This document shows, one piece after another, positions 42,418 to 52,608 of a stretch of DNA of 64,000 bases. The DNA lies in assembly GCA_963783575.1 (NCBI GenBank), contig CAWAOD010000003.1, forward strand, positions 160,001 through 224,000, read 5' to 3'. Numbering within the stretch: the stretch's first letter is position 1; every line of letters starts with the position of its first letter. The position numbers were made by a program, and so were the translations under genes. Origin of the DNA: an uncultured Spirochaetota bacterium. Its GTDB lineage: Bacteria > Spirochaetota > Brevinematia > Brevinematales > JAOACQ01. The notes under the pieces are model-generated. The model did no database searches. It saw nothing but the letters and a program-made list of their open reading frames with translations, and was not told where the DNA came from.

Positions 42418-43979
42418 ATGTTTATGTTAAAAATTTATGGCTTCTTGATTTCAGCGGTTTTATTTTTAATCTCATGTTCGATTAATTCAGGTATCAATAA
42501 AGATAATAATAATTCAACGCCACTTGGAAATCCGAGTAATTACAACGTTTACATTCTGACGGGGCAATCCCTGGGCGATAAAACCACCGCAATAAATGGT
42601 TTATCTGTCGATACTTCTTCCGTTGATTCAATTTCCGCATCAGTCCAATCTATTTTGATATCAACAAATAAACTTAAGGTAGTAACGGAAATCTCCGGCA
42701 CATACTGGGATTATACCGCTGATTTTACGGCCACAGCAAAACAGGTCCCCGATCTTTTTTACGGGGCCGGCTTGCAGTGGGGAAGCAAGTATTTTCTGAC
42801 AATGCCCAAATACCTGGAACTGGTGAAGCATCTCCGTATAAATATTATCCGCTTTCCCGCGGGACAGGAACGCTTCCGATACAACCGGCTTGCTGTTACA
42901 ACTTCAACAGATTCTTTGGGAAACTATCAGCCTTACCAGTATATCCTTACCGGAGAGGATATATCCAACTTCATTTCTCTCTGCAGGAATTTCAATATAC
43001 AGGCTGAACCTGAAGTAAACATATATAACGACGATGTTACAATGTGGAGCAATATGGCTGACCAGGTTGTAAATGAACTGGGGTATGATTTGAAATATAT
43101 CTCTTCCGGAAATGAGCCGGAGTATAATGCATTTTCAAACTGGATTTATTTAAATGCCACCAATCAATACCAGGGTATATCCAACTATATGGACCGTTTC
43201 CTCCGGTATTCGGCAGCCATAAGCGTCGTTAAGCCCGGAATAACTTTTTCCCTGGGGGAGCTGGGAAGCGACGCGTTATCTGATTTAAGCCAGTATATTG
43301 ACTGGATGATCTCAGGAAGGAACATTACTGTGCCTGTTGTCCTTTCTGCGCACTGGTATATGCTGGGAGACTATGGACAGCCTTTCTCTTACAGCGATTA
43401 TCCTTCAATCAGCAACCTGATTATCGGTAACGGAAATCCGAATCAGATAACCTTTCTTTCCAATTATTACAGCGTGTTAAGGCAGAAATCCGATCAGTAC
43501 CTTAATGGGGCTGGGATTTTCCTGGGTGAGTGGGCCACATCCTGGAGCGCTTCAGCGGGAGGCGAGCAGGTTCAGGACACTGTTGCCACTGCTATCTTCG
43601 TCGCGGAAGTCATGGAATACGCAAAAAAACTGGGCTTTAATTCAATGGAATATTTCGGGTCTCAGACCCGGTATCTTATTCCCCCTGGTGCACCTCAATG
43701 ATTTATGTGAACGGCGGTGATGTGTTTATCCGCCCCCAGTATTATATTTATATGATCTACAATTATCTCTGGGGAAACAAAATAGTAGATATTCCAAACG
43801 GGCAGGCCGATGATTATTCCATTTACGCTTCAAAAGATAACACTTATAATTATATTATGCTGATCAACCGGTCTGGCACCAGCACATTTACAAAGACAGT
43901 CAAAGTCATAACCCCAACCGGTACAAAATGGCTGCAACTAAACATATATCCTCATTCCGTTACCGTAATCCGATTTTAG
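42418..43979 (+). pseudogene. Clan GH-A glycoside hydrolase lipoprotein (GH44/51/79-like), frameshifted near 43657-43660
   Basis: Lipobox LISC, IIRFPAG, GNEP (acid/base), LGEW (nucleophile); adding one base at TTCGGGTCTCA joins to ..SDPVSYSPWCTSMIYV..RPQYY..MLINR (43698-43979 ORF). Confidence 0.75.
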
Positions 43980-43994
43980 GCCGCCAGTAATTGA

Positions 43995-44014
43995 CAAGGG
44001 GCTTAAGCCCCTTG
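43995..44014. repeat. Perfect 20-bp palindrome (REP-like or terminator hairpin)
   Basis: CAAGGGGCTTAAGCCCCTTG, 15 nt after the GH stop codon. Confidence 0.6.
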
Positions 44015-44081
44015 CAGAACCAAGGCCGGTTTCACCCAGCGTAGTTGCAATTATTTATAAAATAATTTATAATTATAACCT

Positions 44082-44116
44082 TAACCTTGACGTTAAGGTT
44101 ACTGTCTTGGTATATT
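44082..44116 (+). promoter_or_regulatory. MerR-type operator overlapping promoter
   Basis: TAACCTTGACGTTAAGGTTA near-perfect dyad containing TTGACG; TATATT 18 nt downstream; directly upstream of the MerR gene. Confidence 0.7.
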
Positions 44117-44133
44117 TAATAAAGGAAGATAAA

Positions 44134-44559
44134 ATGGCGGAAAAGAAACAGAACTATTGTAAAATTGAAGAAGTGGCTATAAAGACAGGCCTGACAAAAA
44201 GGGCACTGCGGTATTATGAGGATATTCAGCTGCTCCACCCGATCCGCAAAGAATCCGGTTATAGATTGTACGCCGAGGAAGATATTGAAAAGGTTATCAG
44301 GATCAAGGAATTTAAAGAAAGCCTTGGATTTTCACTTAACGAGGTCAAAGATATTCTTGAACTGGAGAATAAATTAAAATCAATATTAAATGAAAACCGG
44401 GTCCATGACGATGAAATCCGGATATCAATAGAAAAGGTTAAAAAACAGATCCAGCTGATAGAAAGTAAGGAGAAAACCCTAATGAGGGTTAAGGCAAAAT
44501 ACAGGGAAACATTGAATAAACTGGAAGATTTATCAGGTAAAACTATGGAGGAGAAATAA
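44134..44559 (+). CDS. MerR-family transcriptional regulator
   Basis: KIEEVA..TGLTKRALRYYE..LL.P.R..GYRLY, LGFSLNEVK. Confidence 0.95.
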   Translation: MAEKKQNYCKIEEVAIKTGLTKRALRYYEDIQLLHPIRKESGYRLYAEEDIEKVIRIKEFKESLGFSLNEVKDILELENKLKSILNENRVHDDEIRISIEKVKKQIQLIESKEKTLMRVKAKYRETLNKLEDLSGKTMEEK

Positions 44560-46046
44560 TGAAACGGGTTAATTATAAGTGGATAGCGCTTTCATGCACA
44601 TCGCTGGGAGCTTTGCTGTCCATCTTAAACGGAAGTACGCTCGTCATTGCGCTTCCGGAAATTATGAAGGATTTAAAAGCGGACTTAAACACTATTATCT
44701 GGACAATGATGGGCTACCTGCTGGTTTTAACAATCATTGTGCCTGCTATCGGCAGGATCGCGGATATTATCGGAAGAAAGATGCTTTTTGTTAGCGGATT
44801 TATTGTGTTTACCATCGGTTCATTTCTTTGTGGAATGTCTCATACCGGAATGGAACTCATATTATTCAGGCTTATTCAGGCAGTCGGAGGCGCTCTGCTT
44901 GTCGCGAACAGCGCTCCCATTGTAACCGACGCTTTTCACAGGAAAGAACTGGGAAGGGCGCTGGGTATAAACAGTATGATTATAAGTATTGCTTTTGTCG
45001 CCGGCCCTATACTTGGGGGCTTTCTTATGCAGTTCGGCTGGAGAAGCATATTTTATATTAATGTACCGATCGGGATTGTTGGATCAATCTGGGCCTGGAT
45101 ACAGCTCAAGGAACTTGACAGGCTACCGGCTCACCAGAAGTTTGACTGGAGCGGAATGCTGGCGTTTACCGCAGGAATGTTTTTGCTCCTGATAGCGCTA
45201 ACATTCGGCGGGTTTGCCGGATGGCTGAATATATATATAATAGCGATGTTTATTGTTTCCATCTTATTTCTTGTACTCTTCTTTTATATTGAAAATCATA
45301 AAGAACAGCCGATGCTTGATTTGATGCTGTTCAAGAGCAGGCTTCTCGCTTACGCATTCAGCAGCACACTCTTTAACGGAATCGCGAGGGGAGCAGTTAC
45401 TTTTTTGCTTGTATTCTACTACCAGGGAATAAGGGCAATGGACCCGCTTCTTGCCGGAATAATGCTGACGCCTTTTGCGGTATCGCAAATGGTTGTGTCT
45501 CCGGTCAGCGGCTGGCTTTCGGATAAACATGGATCAAGGGTTTTAAGCTCGGTTGGATTACTGATCTCCGCAATAGGCCTGATCGGCTTTATCAAACTGA
45601 CTCCTACGACATCATACCTGGAAATGATAATCTGGATGCTGATCATGGGATTCGGCTCAGGTATGTTCTTCTCTCCGAACACAAGCGCGATAATGGGTTC
45701 GGTACCTGTTGAAAAAAGAGGGATCGCCGCAGGTGTCAGGACAATGATGAATAATATGGGGACAGTTATAAGCATCGCCCTGGCTATGGCAGTCATTTCA
45801 ACCAGCATTACTTCCGAAGCCCTGCAGGGACTTTTTACAGGAACTCAGGTGGGTTCAAAAGGCATTGCCGTAGCTGAGTTTATGGCAGGTTTGAGGGTAG
45901 CTTTTATAATATCCATGATTTTCAGTATACTGGCGGCATTTTTATCCTACCTTAGAGGCAATCACCCGGTCTGGAAGCATGATTCAATTGAAAAGCCTGT
46001 CAAACATGTAAAGCCGATCGAATCCGACTGCAAAGAGATAATATAA
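44559..46046 (+). CDS. MFS drug:H+ antiporter, 14-TM (DHA2/EmrB-like)
   Basis: VIALP.I, GRIADIIGRK, RLIQAVGGA, GPILGG, WRSIFYINVPIG. Confidence 0.93.
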   Translation: MKRVNYKWIALSCTSLGALLSILNGSTLVIALPEIMKDLKADLNTIIWTMMGYLLVLTIIVPAIGRIADIIGRKMLFVSGFIVFTIGSFLCGMSHTGMELILFRLIQAVGGALLVANSAPIVTDAFHRKELGRALGINSMIISIAFVAGPILGGFLMQFGWRSIFYINVPIGIVGSIWAWIQLKELDRLPAHQKFDWSGMLAFTAGMFLLLIALTFGGFAGWLNIYIIAMFIVSILFLVLFFYIENHKEQPMLDLMLFKSRLLAYAFSSTLFNGIARGAVTFLLVFYYQGIRAMDPLLAGIMLTPFAVSQMVVSPVSGWLSDKHGSRVLSSVGLLISAIGLIGFIKLTPTTSYLEMIIWMLIMGFGSGMFFSPNTSAIMGSVPVEKRGIAAGVRTMMNNMGTVISIALAMAVISTSITSEALQGLFTGTQVGSKGIAVAEFMAGLRVAFIISMIFSILAAFLSYLRGNHPVWKHDSIEKPVKHVKPIESDCKEII

Positions 46047-46077
46047 CAGCGGAAATTATTGTCATGGCGTTTGATTT

Positions 46078-47052
46078 ATGAATATAATTGAAGTCAGCCA
46101 TTTAAAGAGGAATTTCGGTAATTTCATGGCTGTAAAGGACATATCTTTCACTATTAAAGAAGGTGAGATATTCGGACTTCTGGGACCGAACGGCGCCGGA
46201 AAATCCACGACCATCAAAATGCTTGTAACACTGCTTAAAAGCTCGGGCGGAACCGCAAAAATAAACGGATTTGATATTGACAGGGAAAATAAGAAAGTCA
46301 GAAAGTCAGTAGGGATAATCTTTCAGGACCCAAGCCTTGATGAAAGGCTTACCGCATGGGAGAATTTATATTTTCACTCTAAACTTTATCATATACCTTC
46401 TTCCCGTATAAAAGACTGTATAAATAATGCCCTCGAACTGGTAGACCTGACTTCAAGAAAGGACGATCTTGTCATGAACTTTTCGGGAGGAATGAAGCGC
46501 CGGCTTGAGATAGCAAGGGGTGTTATCCATAGTCCAAAAATACTGTTTCTCGATGAGCCGACTATCGGGCTTGATCCTCAAACCAGGAAGCATATATGGC
46601 AGTATCTTGAAGGCTTAAGGAAAACAAACCGCCTTACTATGCTTCTTACGACTCACTATATGGAAGAAGCCGAGATAAGCGACCGGATCGCTATAATTGA
46701 TCATGGGGAAATTATCGCCCTGGATACCCCGGAAAACCTGAAAAAGAACCTGAAGAAAGACTTCCTGCTGATTAAATCGGATAATAATGAAAAATTTTCA
46801 GCACTGATAAAAAAGCATTTTAAGATCGAGCCTGAGATGGAAAACGGCGTGATAAGACTTGCCGTTGAAGACGGGAAAACATTCCTTCCTCTTCTTTTCC
46901 GGCAATTTGCCGGGTATATTACAAGCGTTGACATCAAGAAGCCCGGGCTTGAAGATGTTTTTATCAAGCTTACCGGAAGAAAAATCCGGGAAGAGGAAGC
47001 AAGTTCTACTGACAAACTTCGCAATAATGTAAAGAGAAGGGGTAGAAAATGA
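46078..47052 (+). CDS. ABC exporter ATP-binding protein (DrrA-like)
   Basis: GPNGAGKST, FSGGMKRRLEIAR, FLDEPT, TTHYMEEA, LEDVF. Confidence 0.95.
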   Translation: MNIIEVSHLKRNFGNFMAVKDISFTIKEGEIFGLLGPNGAGKSTTIKMLVTLLKSSGGTAKINGFDIDRENKKVRKSVGIIFQDPSLDERLTAWENLYFHSKLYHIPSSRIKDCINNALELVDLTSRKDDLVMNFSGGMKRRLEIARGVIHSPKILFLDEPTIGLDPQTRKHIWQYLEGLRKTNRLTMLLTTHYMEEAEISDRIAIIDHGEIIALDTPENLKKNLKKDFLLIKSDNNEKFSALIKKHFKIEPEMENGVIRLAVEDGKTFLPLLFRQFAGYITSVDIKKPGLEDVFIKLTGRKIREEEASSTDKLRNNVKRRGRK

Positions 47053-47804
47053 TGACAGGCATACTTGATGCGCTGACAATAGCAAGAAGGGACATCATAC
47101 GAAGTTTCAGACAGAAAAGCCAGCTTTACGGATCGCTTGTTAGGCCGTTGATATGGCTTTTCCTGCTCGGGAACGGCCTGAGAGCTTCGTTTACAAGCCT
47201 TCCCGGAGGATTCAATTATACGCAGTATATCTTCCCGGGAATGCTCGCAATGAATGTCCTTTTTGCCTCAATAATGGCGGGGACTTCCATCATCTGGGAC
47301 AGAGAGTTCGGTTTTTTAAAAGAAATAATGGCCGCTCCAGTTTCCAGGTTATCTATAGTTTTCGGAAAGACTTTGAGCGGAAGCGTGGTGGCTGTTATCC
47401 AGGGAATTATAGTACTTGTCTTTTACCCACTATTGGGGCTTAGACTTTCCGTATTACAGATTATCCTGACTATTCTGGGAATGTTTGTCATGGCTTTGGC
47501 AATCTGTTCAATCGGAGTTTTAATCGCAACCAGGATGCGTTCTTTTGAAGGTTTTGGGACAATTAATAATTTTCTGGTTATGCCTTTATTTTTTCTAAGC
47601 GGGGCAATGTATCCTATAACTTCAGTTCCCGCCTGGCTTAAAGCCCTGACTGTTATAAATCCGGTTACATACAGTGTAAATCTTCTCAGGGGAATCGTCT
47701 TGAAGCTTCCCGTAAATTACGGCTTAAGCATAGCCATGCTTTTCATAATTACCGCTGTAATCCTGTCAATGTCATTGTATCTGTTCAGCCAGGAAGGAAA
47801 ATAA
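47049..47804 (+). CDS. ABC-2 type permease (DrrB-like)
   Basis: IFPG, DREFGFLKEIMAAPVSR, PLFFLSGAMYP, NPVTY. Confidence 0.93.
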   Translation: MMTGILDALTIARRDIIRSFRQKSQLYGSLVRPLIWLFLLGNGLRASFTSLPGGFNYTQYIFPGMLAMNVLFASIMAGTSIIWDREFGFLKEIMAAPVSRLSIVFGKTLSGSVVAVIQGIIVLVFYPLLGLRLSVLQIILTILGMFVMALAICSIGVLIATRMRSFEGFGTINNFLVMPLFFLSGAMYPITSVPAWLKALTVINPVTYSVNLLRGIVLKLPVNYGLSIAMLFIITAVILSMSLYLFSQEGK

Positions 47805-47813
47805 AAAGCCATC

Positions 47814-48389
47814 CTAAAAGAGCCTTGTCAATTCATCCGTTGTGAGAAGAATCATCATGTTTTTCATATTTTGAAGCGAGCGAGTGTGTCCTTCCTGATT
47901 GTAAGATGACACTGCATCCGCTATTATAACAGGTAAGAATCCCCTGTTGAGGGCATCTCTGGCGCTTGATTCCACGCCAAGTTCGGTTGCGATACCTGAA
48001 AAGATAATTGTTGATAATCCGGCGTTCCTCATCATAAGTTCAAAATTTGTTCCGATGAATATGCTTGCGGTATTCTTGTTCAGTACGACATCATCTTTTT
48101 GCGGTTCAATTTCAAACTCGAGTCCTTCGGGACTATAATCCCCTGCCCTCTGCCTCAATTTCATCAGAAATTTTCTTGCGGGCGATTCAAATTTTTCGGG
48201 TAAAGGTGTAATCTTTGTAAAAAATATAGGAATCTTTTTCAGTCTGGCAATATCAATGAGTTTCTTTGTGCAGGTCAAAAACTCTTCCCTGTTGAAAATA
48301 TTGTTTACCAGCATTTTTTGGACATCCCAAACAACCAGAACTGTTTTTTCAGGATCAATGATTCCCCTTAATTCATGAATATTTTCCAT
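47814..48389 (-). CDS. Isochorismatase-like hydrolase
   Basis: [34 protein letters not shown] (Gly where the family usually has the catalytic Cys); ATG 48389 after AGGAGG. Confidence 0.88.
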   Translation of the reverse strand: MENIHELRGIIDPEKTVLVVWDVQKMLVNNIFNREEFLTCTKKLIDIARLKKIPIFFTKITPLPEKFESPARKFLMKLRQRAGDYSPEGLEFEIEPQKDDVVLNKNTASIFIGTNFELMMRNAGLSTIIFSGIATELGVESSARDALNRGFLPVIIADAVSSYNQEGHTRSLQNMKNMMILLTTDELTRLF

Positions 48390-48433
48390 AGTCTTATTCC
48401 TCCTTTTATTGATAAAAATCATTCTATATTCTT

Positions 48434-48772
48434 TCATCCATTTATAGCAAAAATCACACCATTTGACGTAACCAAACTATCTGTTAATGTAAAGGCTACC
48501 GGAATCGTGCCGTCGCCAAACAGCTTTTTCCCTCCGCCAAGCGTCAGCGGGAATGTCTTGAGCCAGAGTTTCGTCCACTAGATCGTTCTTGAGCAGCAGT
48601 TGAATGAGCTGACTGCTGCCGTGCACCTGAATGTCAGATCCTTCCGAGCTTTTAAGCTTCTTAATACCTTCTATGTCTTTCAGGAACACTGAGTTTCCCC
48701 AATCCGATGTATCCATAGTATTGGACAGCACGTATTTTGTAACATCATTGATACCTGGCCAATAGTCTGCAT
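48434..48772 (-). pseudogene. Truncated, frameshifted dihydrofolate reductase-like (RibD C-terminal) gene remnant
   Basis: ..TKYVLSNT..WGNSVFL..IKKLK..GSDIQVHGSSQLIQLLLKNDLVDE / LWLKTFPLTLGGGKKLFGDG with a frameshift at GACGAAACTC; N-terminal part missing. Confidence 0.85.
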
Positions 48773-48833
48773 GTAACTACTCAGTTAAGTTTAATTTTGG
48801 AAACAGAGCAAAATCAGCACTGAGTAGTCACAT
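48771..48833. mobile_element. 63-bp MITE-like element
   Basis: Terminal IRs ATGTAACTACTCAGT / ACTGAGTAGTCACAT (14/15 match) at the truncation point of the DHFR-like remnant. Confidence 0.55.
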
Positions 48834-48840
48834 TAATTTT

Positions 48841-49578
48841 TTAGAAATATGCTGCGATTCCCATTTGAATGCTCAGTGGATTTATTGATATACCATTTCC
48901 GGTAAAGCCGGTTCCTGATTCGAATAATTCACTTGTAGATACAGATGAATTTGTAGAATTTCCATACAACTGGTTATAGCGCACAGACAAACCGTATTCA
49001 GCAAAAAGGCTGATATTCTTTGTAATAAACCACTCTACACCAAGACAAAGCCTTGCTCCAATACTCCATGAAAAATTCCAGTATTTTGAACTTTGTATTT
49101 CTGTAGAGTCCGCCTGATCATCAATCTGTATATTGCTGGAAACTGAATTATTGTATCCAATGGATATCATGGGTCCGATCCCAATATAGGCCTTAACCGG
49201 ATCAAATGGGTTTAAAAAATATTGATAATCGGCATTAATACCGAAAGTAATTGAAGTTCCTGTATTAGTAACCAGTGAACCGAGATTATTTGTTTCCATA
49301 GAAGAAATGTAATTATTAGTAATGGACTGAATCCCGTTGGTAACGCTGAATGATCCGGAAAGCCCCAACCGGATGGCAGAATTATTGTTTAATTGAAATT
49401 TTGCAGCAATCAGATTATTACCGCTGTAGCTGCTGAGATTAAATAAACCGCTAAGACCAAACTCTAATGCAAATCCATTTACTGGATACAGATTGTTAGT
49501 CGAAATTTCTTCCGTAAATACAATTGAGCTTGATAACATAAAAATTACCAGGATCATTACCATTAAAATTTTTTGCAT
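48841..49578 (-). CDS. Outer-membrane beta-barrel protein
   Basis: Signal peptide; AIRLGLS, AYIGIG, LGVEWFITKNISLFAEY, C-terminal AAYF. Confidence 0.8.
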   Translation of the reverse strand: MQKILMVMILVIFMLSSSIVFTEEISTNNLYPVNGFALEFGLSGLFNLSSYSGNNLIAAKFQLNNNSAIRLGLSGSFSVTNGIQSITNNYISSMETNNLGSLVTNTGTSITFGINADYQYFLNPFDPVKAYIGIGPMISIGYNNSVSSNIQIDDQADSTEIQSSKYWNFSWSIGARLCLGVEWFITKNISLFAEYGLSVRYNQLYGNSTNSSVSTSELFESGTGFTGNGISINPLSIQMGIAAYF

Positions 49579-49864
49579 TTTCAACTCCTTTATAAAATTT
49601 ATAATAGTTATTTTTATAGAATTTCATAAATTAGCAATTTGTCTAAATAATAAAAATGAAATTTTCATCCCTGGTAATTCAGAATATGTTAACTGCAATT
49701 GTTCATATAAGTCTAATTTTTTAATTTGGTTGCACTTTCCAAATATTTTTTACCGCTGATCAATTTCCTCAACAAAAATATTAATTTATAGTTCTGCTAA
49801 TAGTGCAAAATAATTGTTTTTTTTATGCAGATTCGATATTATATTGTTTTATAGGAGCGATAAT

Positions 49865-51031
49865 ATGAAAGGATTAAGCTATTTATTGATCGGTTTTATT
49901 ATATTGGCAGCGGCTTGCTGTGCAATATCAAATAATAACAGTTCAAGCAACTCGTCATCATCTAAAGTTACCACCGGGAGTTCATCATCACAGGTAACCC
50001 TTTCCTTTCTTGGGGTTCAGGGGACTTCATTCACAAATGCGGATAGCGCTAATTTCCGCTTTATCGGTATTAATCTAGATCCCTGGCGCTTCATTGTTCA
50101 GTCCGGGGAGGTTTATTCCAAATCCGATTTCGACTTATGGCTTAATGAAGGAAAATCATTGATTGGAGTGAAAGCCGTCCGTATGCACATCAACGGCGGA
50201 GCTTTCGAACCTGCAATCGGCAATTATTCGGAATCCGCTTTTCGGCAGCTGGATGAACTGCTTGCCTCAGCACGCGATAATGGCTTGTATGTGATCATCG
50301 CGCTTCGGGATTATCTCTGGAGTCCCTGGCCGGCAAGCGCTTATGATCCATACTGGTATCTAGGCGGCGGAAATGTTTCAATCCCGAATAAAGACGCCAT
50401 ACTTACCAACCAAACTGCAAAAGCTTATTTTAAAAATTTTATACAGTATGTTCTTTTCAGAACCAATTCTCTGAATCAGGTTGTTTACAAAGACGATCCT
50501 GTAATAATGGCATGGGAAGTCATCAACGAGCCGAACGTCATTGACGGTGTTTTCAGCAACTGGCTCATAGAAATGGGTAATTTTATACATTCCAACGATA
50601 CCAAACATCTTCTTACCGTCGGAATTGGCGGGGCTGAGGGATCGTGGTGGCATTCCGGAAATTCAGACTGGTCCGAATTGAATGTCCCTCAGATGGATTT
50701 CATAGACCTGCATTATTACGCCGATGCCGGTCTTTATAATCCTGTCGATACGCAAAACACCCTTGAAATTCAAGACAGGGCCTCAGCCGTTCTATCGATT
50801 GGCAAACCGGTTGTTTTCGGAGAATTCGGCTGCATCAACACCAATTCCGATTTGACTATCAACAATCTGTACAAAACCATACTAAGCAATTCTGTCATCG
50901 CAGGCGGATCGGGAGGATTTCCTTATTCCTGGGGCCCTCCAGGACCAAACGGCTGGGGCGGAGAAGGCGGTTTCTGCATTTTCACAAACCGTCCGGCTGT
51001 TTTTAACGGGCTTAAAAATCTATTGAATTAG
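49865..51031 (+). CDS. GH5 glycoside hydrolase (mannanase/cellulase-like) lipoprotein
   Basis: LAAAC lipobox, Ser-rich tether, YKDDPVIMAWEVINEP, DLHYY, KPVVFGEFG. Confidence 0.9.
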   Translation: MKGLSYLLIGFIILAAACCAISNNNSSSNSSSSKVTTGSSSSQVTLSFLGVQGTSFTNADSANFRFIGINLDPWRFIVQSGEVYSKSDFDLWLNEGKSLIGVKAVRMHINGGAFEPAIGNYSESAFRQLDELLASARDNGLYVIIALRDYLWSPWPASAYDPYWYLGGGNVSIPNKDAILTNQTAKAYFKNFIQYVLFRTNSLNQVVYKDDPVIMAWEVINEPNVIDGVFSNWLIEMGNFIHSNDTKHLLTVGIGGAEGSWWHSGNSDWSELNVPQMDFIDLHYYADAGLYNPVDTQNTLEIQDRASAVLSIGKPVVFGEFGCINTNSDLTINNLYKTILSNSVIAGGSGGFPYSWGPPGPNGWGGEGGFCIFTNRPAVFNGLKNLLN

Positions 51032-52121
51032 CATGTTTTTGTTTGTTTTTAATATAACAAAAAGCCGGAGATTGTGCGCCGTCATTCCACAAGTGGATGG
51101 AGCTTCCAAGGCAGTATTTAAATTCTTTACATCCGGTACAGATACCTGTTTTCATCCAGCCTCGGTTTCTGAATTGATGGAATCCATTTTCCCAGAGATT
51201 TCGAAAATCATCCCTAATAATATTGCCTTCATAAAAATATGCCGCATTATTTGAACAACCGGTGATACTTCCGTCGCTCAATATTGACGCGATATTTACT
51301 CCTGCGCGGCAGAAAAATGGAAAATCACGAACTTTCCTGTCGGTTGCAAAATTCATATATCTTTCACAGCTGTAGTTCAGAGAAATCCCGCGTTTTTTAT
51401 AATAAGGCCTGTTTTGGGAGACCCAATCGAGAAGTTCTCTAGTTTTGTTAAAATCAAGATTAAGTTCAGGGTGTTTAAAAACTCTACCTGAAGGGAAAAT
51501 ACGGAAAATCCTCCATGAATTCATACCGGAATCGATGATTATTTGCCCAATAAGATCGAGATTATTGAAATTACCGGGATGAACACATGTTACCACATCC
51601 TTGAAATCCGGCCCGGCAGAAGTTTTACCGACAAGTTTTATTGCATTCACCGCTTTTTTAAATGACCCTTTTTCATTGCGCAATTTTTCATGAGCTTCCT
51701 TCCCGCCGTCAAGACTTATTGTGATACTTTTTATGCCATGGTCTAAAAATCCCTTCCAGTTAGATTCAGAGAGAAGCTGGCCATTCGTGACCATACTCCA
51801 TTGAAATCCTTTTTCATAAAGCGCACCGGTTATTTGCTTGAGTCCGGGATGCATAAGCGGTTCACCGCCTGTTATTACAATAGATGGTTTTTGAGAGAAA
51901 CTTTTATCCAGATATTCTATTATCTTTAACCAGGAATCTGTTGTTAATTCGCCGTTCTGTATATCAGACCTGCAGTCCGAACCGCAATGAAGGCAGTAAA
52001 GGTTGCAAAGACGGGTTATCTCAAAGAATAAATAAAGTAGAATGTGATCTTTAATTTCAAGACTCTTATAATAACGATGTAAAACTTTTTGAAACTGGAA
52101 AGTTATTTTATTGAACATCAT
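51012..52121 (-). CDS. Radical SAM/SPASM enzyme, rSAM-lipoprotein system type
   Basis: CNLYCLHCGSDC, ITGGEP, VTNG, ISLDG; SPASM CRAG..ILSDGSITGC..GNI..CTGC..YCLG..C. Confidence 0.9.
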   Translation of the reverse strand: MMFNKITFQFQKVLHRYYKSLEIKDHILLYLFFEITRLCNLYCLHCGSDCRSDIQNGELTTDSWLKIIEYLDKSFSQKPSIVITGGEPLMHPGLKQITGALYEKGFQWSMVTNGQLLSESNWKGFLDHGIKSITISLDGGKEAHEKLRNEKGSFKKAVNAIKLVGKTSAGPDFKDVVTCVHPGNFNNLDLIGQIIIDSGMNSWRIFRIFPSGRVFKHPELNLDFNKTRELLDWVSQNRPYYKKRGISLNYSCERYMNFATDRKVRDFPFFCRAGVNIASILSDGSITGCSNNAAYFYEGNIIRDDFRNLWENGFHQFRNRGWMKTGICTGCKEFKYCLGSSIHLWNDGAQSPAFCYIKNKQKHANSIDF

Positions 52122-52155
52122 TCCTCTATTTTAGAATGAAATCAGAACGGACGTT

Positions 52156-52518
52156 CTAATTGGACATTATAAACAACTGATCATCGGAATCATCAAGCTT
52201 GTTTGTTTCAGTTTGAAATACACCGCCATTGTTTGTGCCGTCCGTATCACTGCTGATGGCGCAATAATCGTTGAAACTCTGAACATCCGGAATTGAAAAT
52301 TTCACTATGCCCTGATTATCTGTATTTTTACTAAAACTTCCTGATTTTGAAATCAATTCAACATATAAATCGGGAATAGGGACTGAATTTGTATCAGTAT
52401 ATTTTAATGATTTTATCTTTTCATTCACAGAAGCAACACCGCCGTAACAAGCCGCCAAAATAAGGCTACCGAAGCCTGTTGTCAATAAAAGGAGGAATTT
52501 TTTCATTTTATTAATCAT
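52156..52518 (-). CDS. Small lipoprotein, putative substrate of the adjacent radical SAM enzyme
   Basis: Lipobox LAAC followed by YG; PIPDL.V..TD..G..DTDG..NGG.F pattern; 34 nt upstream of the rSAM gene. Confidence 0.8.
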   Translation of the reverse strand: MINKMKKFLLLLTTGFGSLILAACYGGVASVNEKIKSLKYTDTNSVPIPDLYVELISKSGSFSKNTDNQGIVKFSIPDVQSFNDYCAISSDTDGTNNGGVFQTETNKLDDSDDQLFIMSN

Positions 52519-52608
52519 AGCCTCACTCCTTTAAATTATTATTTTTATCATAATAAATCCAGTTATTTCAGTCAAGTTATGTGCTTAATCTGATAAAAAT
52601 CAAACTTA

